Shown: positions 26,563-37,437, counted from the first letter of the whole stretch. The stretch is DNA of 49,431 nucleotides, filler included, from Sphacelaria rigidula (GCA_964200075.2; 3 parts of 3 records of this genome joined end to end with filler, not necessarily neighbours in it); one strand, 5' to 3'. Notes: generated by a model not told the origin, from the letters alone. Numbers and translations are program-made.

Positions 26563-27515
26563 AATACACATGGGTTGAATGAAGGGGGGGAAAGCGCGCG
26601 AGTCATCGCTTTGTCCGTTTCGATCGAGCAGGTATATATTGCCCTCCGCGAAAAATAAACAGACGTGGACAAACAAACACAACTAATGAGGGAGTCTCCA
26701 ACTACATAGAACGATGTTTTCGTGAGATTGAGAGTAGAGGATACGGTTGAGAAGGAAAAGCGGTCAATTAGTGATTATATCGTTTCAGTTCCGAAATATC
26801 CCTCCGCGAGGCCCTTACCGAACGAAGCAGCGGGCTAACTCACAGTCATTAACCTGCGAAGCACTGGCACAGAGATGATCCTTTGAAGTCAGTGTTGCGC
26901 CAAAAGCAGAAAATGTTTTTCGGAACCAAATCTTACGTTTTGCCCTCTAGTGCGCACTGCTGCAGCGCACAGCACCAGATATAGCGACTTGGGACTGTTG
27001 ATCGTGGTTTGCACAGCCTATGAGCGATGTTTCAGCGCTTCGCAGCGGCTGCAGCGCGCTTAGGGCCGTGCGCCATGAAGTGCGCAGCTCAACAAACTGT
27101 ATGCCAATCGGTGCACTACATATGGTCATGATCCAGAAAGAACCGCAGTACAGCAGACCGGTGCCAGTCTGCTACCGCGTCGGCCGTCCAGCCGCTCAAC
27201 ATGTCTAAGTGAGCAATGCTACGATAGGGGTTGCACTTTTTTTGTTTCTGGGTCTCGTTTTTGTAGGAGCCCAAATATATGGGGCTTACTGTGCGACCCA
27301 AATCTCCGGGGACAGGACATGGAGATGCACACAGAGGCCTTTTTGTGAATTTGCATCATTTTCAATCTTTTTCAAGTGAAAATGATGTCGATTCTCAAAA
27401 TGATCCGTGTAACACCCCGAGAAACATTTTCGCTCAAAGAGTGCAACCCCACCGTAGCATCACTCAAGTTTATGAATCTGCGCATGCATATATGCAGTCG
27501 CCTGTAGTGCGACGC

Positions 27516-28093
27516 TGGTAGACCTAAAGAAATGTACATAAACAGCGATTGGCACTCGATATGACTTGGTTTCAGAGTCAAGAAAGTTCTGAGAAAAATC
27601 ATGATTTGGGGCAGGTGAGCAGTGAGCAGTGGTGAGTAGCAGACCCAGGTCGTCCAGAACGTGTTTTGGTCCAAACTCGGCTCAAAAGCGTCGATTTGAG
27701 CTCTCGAAAGGCGTCGATTTGAGTTCTCCCAACGCACGCTTTAGCTACAAAACTGCACCCCCTGAAATGCGTGAGAGGACCGCGTGCTTAGAGGGCCGCG
27801 TCGTAGTTCAAAACACCTCAGGATCGACGTTTTTCGAAACCAATCGGATCAGTCCCTGCAGGTACCACGCCCCTGATCCTAACCCCAACCCTAACCCTAA
27901 CCCTAACCCCAACCATAGGGGTGTTCAAATTCTGATGCAGTCCTCTAAGCACGCGGTCTTCTCACGCATTACACACTCCTTGCCCGAGAGTTCTCGGTGT
28001 GCCTTGGTCGATGTTAATGCTAGGGTTAGCGTTAGGGTTGGTGGAATCTCCATAGCACCAACCATTGTTCCCGTACATTTCTTCAAGCCCCCT
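27516..28093 (+). mobile_element. MITE family A copy with nested MITE
   Basis: Ends gtagacctaaagaaatgtac / gtacatttcttcaagccccctc; same internal blocks as 1173-1509; interrupted at 27763-27973. Confidence 0.75.
27763..27973. mobile_element. Nested 211-bp TG...CA MITE containing (CCCTAA)n
   Basis: ~40-bp TIRs tgaaatgcgtgagaggaccgcgtgcttagagg / cctctaagcacgcggtcttctcacgcattaca; telomere-like tract 27878-27914. Confidence 0.8.
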
Positions 28094-28509
28094 CGGTGAA
28101 GTACTTGTGCAGGGATGCATCCTTGTTACAAGGGCATTCCTGCGCCGGTACTTCACACAGGTGCATCCTTTGAGGGAACTCTCTGTTACGGGTGGCATGA
28201 CCACAGGGATTTCGTCACCCCCCTGCGCTTGTCGAGCACAGCTGACCGACAGTGAGGACGTTCGCCCACGTGTGTGCCTTGTTCACAGCTCATTGCACGG
28301 TCTTGGTTTTGCTGCTGACTGAGGCGAAGGCAATGTTCAATGATTTTCAACTGCTTTGCTTTCATGTTCTTATGACATTCGTTGTACAACCGCTGTCTTC
28401 GTACTCCCGGATCAACGAGAACGCGAAGAAATACCCCGCCATGAAAAGGCTTTTGTGGTTCAGGTTCCTGTTTGAAGGTTTCCATGATAAGGCTTTTGTG
28501 GTTCGGGAT

Positions 28510-28722
28510 CGACACCCCGCAAAGAAGAGCCAGTGTGAGCGACTTCCGATGGCCAGAACACGTGCCAAAGTCATCAGATGACATCCAAACCTGAAAGGTA
28601 ATGTTCCGCTACACCTTCTTCGTGCACTGCAAATGAAAGCGCGTGATAAGATGCCTTGCCGCCTGAGGAAACTCGGCAAAAGTGGTGAAAAAAGTGAAAT
28701 GATACATGTACATATATATTGC
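28510..28722 (-). repeat. Dispersed repeat family B, copy 2
   Basis: Reverse-complement match to 6222-6432 over ~210 bp. Confidence 0.75.
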
Positions 28723-30711
28723 CCGCTCAATACATCAACGCGTCGGATGGTATATATATATATATATATATTGGGCGAGCAATGTGATGGCACAAGAGTA
28801 AGGTCAAAATACATCGTGCCATCAATATGTCAAGACTTGCGGCATACAATATATAACGACAACACAATATATCACGACGCGCGCCACCTCAACATATATA
28901 TTTGCCGAGTAATACGTTGGTGCGATATCAAAACCGTGTGCTCGCAAGCTGGGGGAAAGTGCAAAAGTTGAGTTCGGTCAGCCGTTCGAGGATTTATTCG
29001 AATAGTTTCACCAAACATTTCTGGAATTTGCATAGAGCGATCAGTATAAACCGAACTGGAGTGAACCCGTTCATGTTCGAAATTGACTTTTCCTCCTAGA
29101 AAATGCTCTACGATTGGAAAAGGGTCAGTCTCATCCGAAGAAAACTTTCCGAGCCCGGCAATGTTTCTTAGAGCCTGCAAAAACTGTAGCATCGGGTTTT
29201 ATACCTGGTGGGAGGGGGGGGGGCGTACTCATTTGTTGCTTGCCTTAGTCGTTTGACCATTGACCACGCATCCCTTTCGAGACGAAGCAGGTGGGAGGGG
29301 GGAGGGAATGCGCATTCTGGCAGCTTGCGAGAGCCGTTTTGATTTAACCGATCAAGATTCTGATATGATAACCCTTATCCCTTACAAGGCTTGTACAATC
29401 GAATTGCTACAGGCAGTCAGTACATGCAGCAGCGAAATTGCAGTAATATTCCGGGCTGAACCGACTGCCTACTACTGCCGTTGCTCGAAAGCTGTTCTCA
29501 GGCGAGACCTTCCTGGTCAGCGCCTGACGGCGCGGGTCGAGAATGGGTGAATCATAGGACACCCCTGTTCCTAACCATATCTCGCCTCAGCTTAGGATGA
29601 CTTTCCTCACATACCAATTGTTTGCGACAGACTCCCCACCCCCGACACAAGCACCATGCATGCGACCGGGTGACAGCAGATAAGCTCAATCACAGGATCT
29701 CAGCCCTCATTTCGGTCACGCCAGCAAGAGTCACACGCACAAAGTATCTTTTTTCACGCCGCATACCAAAAAGGTCTACACGTATGTTTGATATCTCATA
29801 CATGCATCCCCCCAACTGGGATGTGGCAGACTGTCTGCTGTCCTTGTTCCGTGGACGTCGGGTGAAATCAACGACTTCAATGACACCCCCCAGCTTTCGA
29901 TTATAAGGTCTTGCCGCAAGGGCGCAGCCGTCCTTGCTCGCATGTGTGTGAGAGAGAGAACAGTAGCGGTGACGAGAACATCACCCTGCATTCGCCGACG
30001 TCTCTACTACTCATAGAGGCATTTCCTGCCCAAGTGGAGAGGCAGAGATGAATCGATCTTTGCACTGTTCAGCGCCACAGACAGGAGACGACAGCCGCGG
30101 CATCCCGCCATCTTGTTTCCGAGGCTGTGCTACAACAACCTGTCTCCCTACGCATCGCAACCTGGGTAGGTGCCGGTACTATAATATGATGCCAATCTCT
30201 GCAGCAATTGGGAATCGCCGAACGAGGACATACAGTGGACACCAGCGAGAAGCTTCTTCTCCGCCGTCGCCTGATATCGTCATCGACACGGGCGCACGGC
30301 ATTCATTTGGTGCACCTAACCACACCGGCGTAACTTCAGCAGAAACTCTGCTTGCGAAAACGCTTTCCCGTGCCAATACTCTTTGGCGTGAATCATCGAT
30401 TTTTCAAGTTGGGATTGAACCCCATTTTAGTGTTCAACCCCAAAATTGAGAATCGGCTGTTATTAGAGGTATCTTAAACTCGGCATTCCGGTATCCTGGT
30501 ATGATATTTAGCTCTTCCTGTCCCGGAACCGATTTGAGGATATCTCCGGAAACCGGTGGAGTTCTCTCAAACTGGGTTCCTGCATCTTTTTACTTGACAA
30601 ATGAATGTGAGCCACACCACCCCGTCGCACAAGCTCTGCAACCAAGACACGAACATCCCTGTTGAATTGCACCGCCCCACGGTCTGGTCATCATTCATTT
30701 TCACGTAAAAG

Positions 30712-31270
30712 CAGTAGACCTAGAGCTTTGGTCGTATATCTATGGTTGGCAACATGACTACTTGATTTTAGACTTGAGAAAGTTCTGAGAAAAGTTATGA
30801 TCTGGGGCAGGGGAGCAGTGGACCTAGCTTGTCTGGAAAGTGTTTTGGTCGAAATCGGCGCCTGCGGCGTCGATTTCAGATCTGCCAACGCACACTTTAC
30901 CTAGAAGAATGTACGTAACCCCCTTGTCCGAGGGTCTCGTACGCCTTGGGTCGGGATTCGGTCCTCGTCCAGAACGTGTTTTTGTCGAAATCGGTGCCTG
31001 CGGCGTCAATTTCGGGCCTGCCAACGCACCCCATGCCTAGCGAAACGTATGTACCCCCCTTGTCCGAGGGTCTCGTACGCTTCGGTCGGGGTTAGGTGCT
31101 CGTCCAGAACGTGTTTTTGTTGAAATCGGCGCCTGCGGCGTCGATTTGAGGTCTGCCAACGCACACTACGCCGGGGGGAACGTATGTACCCCCCTTGTCC
31201 GAGGGTCTCGTACGCTTTGGATTGGGGTTAATGTTAGTTGGTGGTACTTATAAAATGTGTCAACCATGAG
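30712..31270 (+). mobile_element. MITE family A copy with internal ~136-bp triplication
   Basis: Starts cagtagacc; segment ct.gtc..gaa.gtgtttt...gtccgagggtctcgtacgc repeated from ~30827, 30964, 31099. Confidence 0.75.
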
Positions 31271-31294
31271 CATTGGTAGCCCAGCGTCGGTGAA

Positions 31295-31482
31295 CCCTTG
31301 GACCTCGAAACTGACAGTCTATCTGGAAGACACATACCTTTTCGAGTGAAATCGATGCCGATTCAAGAGGCGACCTATACCCTAGACCGCGAACGTACTA
31401 GTAGTCCATCTAGACTGCATCTGATTTTTTCAAGTGACATTGATGCCGATTCAACAGATGACATGCTCTCGCTGTCCAAGGG
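31295..31482. mobile_element. piggyBac-type MITE
   Basis: TIR cccttggac / gtccaaggg, flanked by tgaa (31291-31294) and ttaa (31483-31486); internal motif tttc(a/g)agtga...tgatgccgattca twice. Confidence 0.65.
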
Positions 31483-31720
31483 TTAAGTAGCCTCAAAACG
31501 TTGGCAACCTGGAGGTGTCGCGGGCGAAGCCCATATCACAAGCCAAACCTCCCACATAGGGATAAGGGCAACTCAAAGTGAATTGAAAGAAGCAGGACTA
31601 TAGACCATGTTTTCGTGAGGTTGAGAGTTCAAGATCCAATTGAGAGCGACCAGTTTATTCGAACGACGCTAACGGGGACCTTTCAAATTGTTCCACGACA
31701 CTTTGGGTTGTGTAGAATGA

Positions 31721-31937
31721 TGGAGGTATCTCACATTCGGCTCCCGGTATTCTGGTTTGTTTTGTTCTATTTTTCAAGTGAGAGTGATGCCGATTCATCA
31801 GATGATGCGACTCGTTGACCGCCAGGTCAGGTCCTCCTATGGATCGCGCGACCATTGTCACTTGAAAAAATGGTACAGACCTCAGAGCCAGCGAAACAAC
31901 CAGGATACCGGGCGCCGAGTTTGAGATACCTCTAATA
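31721..31937. mobile_element. Small TIR element (gaggtatct... termini)
   Basis: gaggtatctcacattcggctcccggtattctggt pairs with accaggataccgggcgccgagtttgagatacctc; a further left-arm copy at 30461-30500. Confidence 0.6.
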
Positions 31938-32483
31938 GAGGCTAGTTGACCCCTGGGGCAAACCTACTCGAACTTTGATCAGAGTGTTTGTTGCTCCGTT
32001 CCCCGTCGTCCAACGAAGGCCATAATAAGCGGTCCTCTCGGTACGGCGTGGGGAGGGTATTTTCGGCGGGTGTAGGTCATCTTCAAGGAGTAATTCCCTC
32101 TCACTGCTACTCTTGGCCAAGGCTGTGGTGTGGTGGTAGAGTCGGATCAACATGGTGCTCGTCAGGCACACCCACCCCTATTTTAGTGCAGCGGTATAAT
32201 ATGTCACAGCCTGAATGCGGGCATATCCTGCGTTACAAGCGGTATAATGTGTCAACACCCTGAGTGCGGGCATGTTGGGATACGGTGTGTGCGCGGAGGC
32301 AGATGGCACCGCTGTCGAAAGCAGGCACGCACACCCTTAATACAAAGGAGTTGTGCCGGTGTGTAGACTGGCTTCGGCGACAAGGATGGAGGAGGAGCGG
32401 TCGTCGACGGACGGGTTAGGTCTGGTTGAGCCTCCTGAACGAGACACTTACTACAGACCAGCACCAGAGTGCATAATGAAGAA

Positions 32484-32816
32484 CAGAAGACCTGAAGAAA
32501 TGTTCGTACACAATGGTTGACAGGGATGTCTACAAGATTTTAGACTCCATAAAGTTCTGAAGAAAGATATGGTTTGGGGCAGGTGAGCATGACCCAGCTC
32601 GTCCGGAACGTGTTTTTGTAGAAATCGGCGTTTAGGCGACGATTTGAAGTCTGCCAACGCACACTTGGCCTGGGGGAATCTATGCACCCTCCTCGCCCGA
32701 GGCTCTTGTGCGCCTTTATGCGGGGTTGGGGTCGGGGCTAGTGTTAGTTTTAGTTTGTAACATTCCATGATGTTCCCGATCAACCATTATCTATGAACAT
32801 ATTTTTAGCTCCCCTC
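32484..32816 (+). mobile_element. MITE family A copy
   Basis: cagaagacctgaagaaatgttcg ... agctcccctc ends; conserved aaagttctga, ggggcaggtgagca, gccaacgcacact, cccgagg and ggggttgggg blocks. Confidence 0.7.
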
Positions 32817-32920
32817 CTTTTGACCGCGAGGGTAGGTAGATCACCTGCTGACTTGGCATCAATATTCACTTGAAAAGAGTATGTGTAACCAGATGGACTA
32901 CCCGCACCGCGGTCGAAGGG
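32817..32920. mobile_element. ~105-bp piggyBac-type mini-MITE at contig end
   Basis: ttgaccgcg / cgcggtcgaaggg followed by TTAA (32921-32924); carries reverse complement of the tcaagtga..tgatgcc motif. Confidence 0.55.
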
Positions 32921-32924
32921 TTAA

Positions 32925-33024
32925 NNNNNNNNNNNNNNNNNNNNNNNNNNNNNNNNNNNNNNNNNNNNTTAATTAATTAANNNNNNNNNNNNNNNNNNNN
33001 NNNNNNNNNNNNNNNNNNNNNNNN
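32925..33024. other. Artificial scaffold linker (44 N + TTAATTAATTAA + 44 N)
   Basis: 100 bp; 12-mer at 32969-32980; identical to first linker. Confidence 0.97.
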
Positions 33025-33117
33025 AATACAAGCGCAACGCAAGTGTGGAAGAATGTTTGACATACTTATGAGCCTCTTTTTTCGTGCAATCAAATACCCC
33101 CCCCGCTATCGTAGGAT

Positions 33118-34015
33118 GACTCGTAAGTAGTTCGTGGTGGGGAAAACAAATACTCGAGCAAACGAGCCATCGCTTGTGGTGGAAAAAATGAATGGCTCAA
33201 GCAAACGAGTCAGTGCTCGTGGTTCAAAAATTGAATGGCTTGAGCAGTCGAGTCATTACTCGTGGTGAAAAAAAATATGACTGCAGCCGACGAGTCACCG
33301 CTCGTGGTTCAAAAACGTATATGGCCTGAGGAAACTAGTCATTGCTCGTGGTTCAAAAAATGAATAGCTCGAGCACTCGAGTCATTGCTCGCGGGGGGAA
33401 AAGTAAAAAATTTCGAGTACACGAGTCAGTGCTTGTGATTCAAAAAATGAAGAGCTCGAGTCATTGCTCCTGGGAAAAAATACACGACTCGAGTACACGA
33501 GTCAGTGCGCGTGGTTAAAACAATTAGTAGCTTGAGCAGTCGAGTCATCGCTCGTGGTGAAGAAATAGATAACTCCAGCCTACGCGTCACTGCTCGTGCT
33601 TAAAAAAATGAACGGCGCGAGCGCATTAGTCTGTGCTCTTGGTTGGAAAGGTAAATGGCTCGAGTATATGAGTCAGTGCTCATGGTTGAAAATTCTCGTG
33701 GTTGAAGAAGTAAGATGACTGGTTGAACAATTAAATGACTCGAACAAAAGACTTCCTGCTCGTGGTGAAAAAATGAATGACTCGAGTAAACGGGTCAATG
33801 CTCGTGGTGAAGAAAATAAATGACTCGAGTACTCGAGTCGTTTCTCATGGTGAAAAACAAAAATAGCTCGAGCACTCGAGTCATCGCTCGTGGGGGAAAA
33901 AGAAATGACTCGAGTGCTCGAGTCGCTGCTCGAGGTGAAAAAGATAAGTGACTCGCGCAAACGAGTCATGCTCGTTGCTTTCAAAATAAATCACTAAAGC
34001 ATACGAGTCATCCTC
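33118..34015. repeat. Tandem array of ~43-bp units with palindromic core (~20 units)
   Basis: Consensus ~gactcgagca(c/a)(t/a)cgagtca.tgctcgtggt(g/tc)aaaaaatgaat; units start ~33152, 33194, 33237, 33279, 33323, 33366; perfect tgactcgagtactcgagtc at ~33821. Confidence 0.9.
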
Positions 34016-34709
34016 GGTGTGTAAATCAAAACACAAACGAATGCATTCGTTTCGATTCGTCTCGGCCGACGTGCACGAGCATCCTCAACATTCACACCGA
34101 CTCAAGAAAAGAGAGGGGACACTTTCTACAATACCCCCCCCCCCAAAAAAAAACCCAGCCCAAAAGTGCCACGAAAAAACTGGTCATACAGTGCCTGATG
34201 TTTCGCTCATATATATGGGTAACATTAGCGAGAACTAACCCAAGCGTGAGAGATCTCAGCTGCTCGTCGTGCTCGGCTTTTCCCATTTCGATTCACGTGA
34301 AAATAAATGTTGAATATTTTGCCTCCCCAAACCAGGCACTTTTCGAGGGGAGGCTATCGTAGAAAGTGTCCGGGACTATCACCGCACTCTACATACCTTC
34401 AACCCGAGGAGGGCACATGCTGGATCCTTCTCACTCTCCTGCGTCACATTTTTTTCCTCTTCATTTTTCATCGTTTTTTCGGGTGAGGGTTGAGTATAAA
34501 ATAACGTTGCTCTTGGACCTGACCTCAGTTTTTTAGCTCAATTTCTCGATTTTTTATTTTGAACTGAGCATAGAGAAGGGCAACGACATCCTCATAAAAA
34601 AAAAAACTTCACTTTTTATTTGGGAGAGAGGTTAGGGCGTTCCCGGGAAAAACGGTCTTTACCGTACTCAAACGTCCTAGACCAATAAAAAAAAAAAACT
34701 GGTTCACTT

Positions 34710-35032
34710 TTAACAGTGGATTCTCGAAAATGGTATTGGAAAAAAATGAGGTTCGACTCAAAAGCTGTGCTTTCCCTGACCTAAATTCATGACAAATTAC
34801 TTTCATATGGACGGCCTCATGCCTCCCGACCGTCCCGAAAATCGCGCTTTCGCACATTCCCTTTGGGGAAACGGAAGGCTAGAAATCCCCCGAAATAGTT
34901 TTAGGCAGGTTGGGGGGAACGGGGTCGTCCATATGAAAGTCATTTGTCGGAAATTTAGGTCAAGGAAAGCACGTCTTTTGACTTGAACCTCATTTTTTGT
35001 TTCAACCCCATTTTCTAGAATCCACTGTTTTT
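34710..35032. mobile_element. Foldback MITE-like inverted repeat
   Basis: ~120-bp arms: aacagtggattct.gaaaatgg...gacctaaatt...actttcatatggacg versus cgtccatatgaaagt...aatttaggtc...ccattttctagaatccactgtt. Confidence 0.75.
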
Positions 35033-35149
35033 TCTTGCTTCTTGCCCTAGCGAGGTCCCACACAAAATTCCAACATACAAGTACCGAACCTGGGTCGATA
35101 AGTGGCCCGCGATATTATTTTCCGGATTTCGATCGGCCCGGTTTCAAAC

Positions 35150-35415
35150 GGCCCATCCGCAGCTCAGTTGTTTCATTTGGACCTTAAAATTTGGCATCGA
35201 CAACAAATAGGCCATTATACAAAAACGCATGCATGGACCAAAGCTTTGTTTTTCTTTCATAGTTAAAGACAATAATCAGTTTTCAGGTTCAGTAAAATGC
35301 CGTTTTCTGATGGAAAAAAATATTTGAGTCCACGCATACGTCTTTTTATTGTGGCCTATCATTGCCCACACCAAATTTCAAGGTCCAACTCTAAATATTA
35401 AGCTGCGGATGGGCC
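35150..35415. mobile_element. Tourist/PIF-Harbinger-like MITE
   Basis: Perfect 15-bp TIR ggcccatccgcagct / agctgcggatgggcc extended by imperfect pairing (ttggacctt.aaatttgg); flanks aac/tac; superfamily assignment inferred from GGCC ends. Confidence 0.75.
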
Positions 35416-36369
35416 TACAAACTACAAATCCGCCTCTAGGCTGGCCGAACTCGTATCGAGCATCACATCCTCCAACCTAGCATTAATCGACCATTCTTTT
35501 TTCTTCAAAGCTATTCGAATCGGGGAATAATATCTACAAAGCAAGCACTGCTTCCGGTGAGATTACGAGCATAAAATGACGACTACACGAGGGTGATTAG
35601 GAGAACCCTACATTGTGCGGCAGCACAAGAACGTTCATTAGTCCAAAAATAGCAATGTCAACAAACGCCAGGTTTACCAAATGCTACTTTCCGTACTGAA
35701 AAAGATGGGGGCGCGTGGGTGGAGGGGCTCAGAGGGTATGGCGTGGAAAAACGAATAAACTTCCATCACCCCAATCGTATTCGGCTGAAAAGCTTCAACA
35801 CCTATTTCCTGCATATTTTTTGTGGTACCAGACAAGAGTTTGCACATCTATGAGTACGGTAAAAAACGTTGGCTTCGATTCTGAAATGTTCACTACACGG
35901 TCGTTTTCAGAGTTTCCGGTCCATGTGTGTCGTATCCACCGTCCTCTCCTTCGGCCGCCTAGAGCTATTCCACTTGGAAATTGGGCTAAACCTAACACCG
36001 ATACATCGCACACATGTACTCGCATGGGAACACTCTGACGCCGAAACATAAGGATCAGCGATATGGGAGGAAATTGCACTTTACCAGTCACGGACTCACT
36101 TTTGGCATCCGCGAAACTGGCATATGTTCTTGTCGCATCGGCAGCACTTGACGTTGAGGTCACGGTTAAAACTCTTGTAGCAACCGCTGCAAGCCCATCG
36201 CCCGCACTTATCGTTGCCAAGGTAAAAATTTCCTTCGCGTTCCCATCACGAACACTCCGGAGTTGCCCTCGCGGTGGCATACAGAGCAGTGAATATTTCA
36301 AGCTGCTGCTTCGCTGCGCATGCCTTGACCACCTCTACCTGGGATGCGCCGCGCAGCAGTCGCTCAACG

Positions 36370-36935
36370 ACCTCCCGTCGGCGCTCGTCCAAATTAGTCT
36401 CCGCCACCTGCAAGCGGCGCCCGCCCATTCCCTTCTCGGCCGCCTCCCGCCGGCGCTCGGTCGAGCGAGTCTCTTCCACCTGCCAGCGGGGCCCGCCCAG
36501 ACCAACGTCGGCCGGCTCCCTCCAGTGCTCGGCCGCACGAGTGCCTGCCAAGTGTCACGGGTGCCTGTCCTCCCGCGGACGCTCGGCCGAACGGGTCCGT
36601 CCCAACTGTCACCGGTGCCCGCCCACTTCCTTCTCGGCCACCTCCCGCCGGCGCTCGACTGAGCGAGTCTCTCTCACGTGCCAGCTGCGCCTGCCCAAAC
36701 CAACGTTGGCCGGCTCCCGCCGGCACTCGACCGCCCCCCGCCGACGCTCGACCGAACGAGTCGTCGCTAATTGTCACCGGCGCCTGTCCAACCACACCTC
36801 GGTCGCGTTTCGCCAGCCCTCGCCCAGATGAACCTATACCACCTGCCACCGGCGCCAACCCAGCGCCTATTCGAGCGTCTCCTGCAGTTGCTCGCCAAGG
36901 CGAGTCTCAACCGTCTGCCGCCGACGCACTTCTGC
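36370..36935. repeat. 72-bp coding-type tandem repeat (8 units)
   Basis: agtctc-like anchors at 36396, 36468, 36540, 36594, 36666, 36759, 36831, 36903 (spacings 72,72,54,72,93,72,72). Confidence 0.8.
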
Positions 36936-36998
36936 TCCCTTGTCGGGGTGACGTATCTCGACGAGGAGCCGGTCTTGTCGTCCCGGCAGACCACACAA

Positions 36999-37437
36999 CA
37001 CGGGATTTCACAAATTGGGGATGGATTCTTTATTGAGGATCAGAAACCCGGATAATTAAAATCTTCGTATCCACACCACATGTTCAAATATGGTTCCATT
37101 TCTTCACGTACTGGTAGCCATCGACAACTACTACACGCCATACAGATTAGGATTTCGATAACCGAAATGTTGGGGTCCTAGGTGTAACACCAATTTTGGG
37201 GAATTTCGGCGATCTGATCGGAACATCTGAATTCCCCAAAAGTGTCATTCACCCAGGACCCCAACATGTCGGTTATCAGGATCCATTTTTTCATAGCGTG
37301 TAGTAGTTGTCAACAGCTACCAGTAGGTGAAGAAGTGGAACTACATTTCGAAGATTTGGTGCGGATACGAAATATTTTAATTCTTCGGGTTCTCATCCCA
37401 AACAAAAAAAATCATCCGCAATTTGTAAAATCCTGTG
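36999..37437. mobile_element. 439-bp whole-length palindromic foldback element (CAC...GTG ends)
   Basis: Arms pair throughout: ggattt.acaaatt, ttcgtatcc, tactggtagc/gctaccagta, gacaactactacacgc/gcgtgtagtagttgtc, ttttggggaatt/aattccccaaaa; centre ~37218. Confidence 0.85.

Noticed and set aside
27878..27914. True telomere or chromosome fusion scar
   Set aside because: Only ~6 imperfect units, enclosed by MITE TIRs
28872..29203. Minus-strand exon after cccaccag acceptor
   Set aside because: Stops occur in all frames downstream of the acceptor; no recognisable domain
30461..31937. Single 1.5-kb TIR element
   Set aside because: Right arm also pairs with a nearer left arm at 31721 and no clear TSD distinguishes the two; left unresolved
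33118..34015. CRISPR-like array of palindromic repeats
   Set aside because: No unique spacers, the whole unit is repeated and degenerate, no cas genes, eukaryotic context
35795..36831. Overlapping 150-200 aa ORFs as independent genes
   Set aside because: Shadow frames of the GC-rich 72-bp repeat and pseudogene
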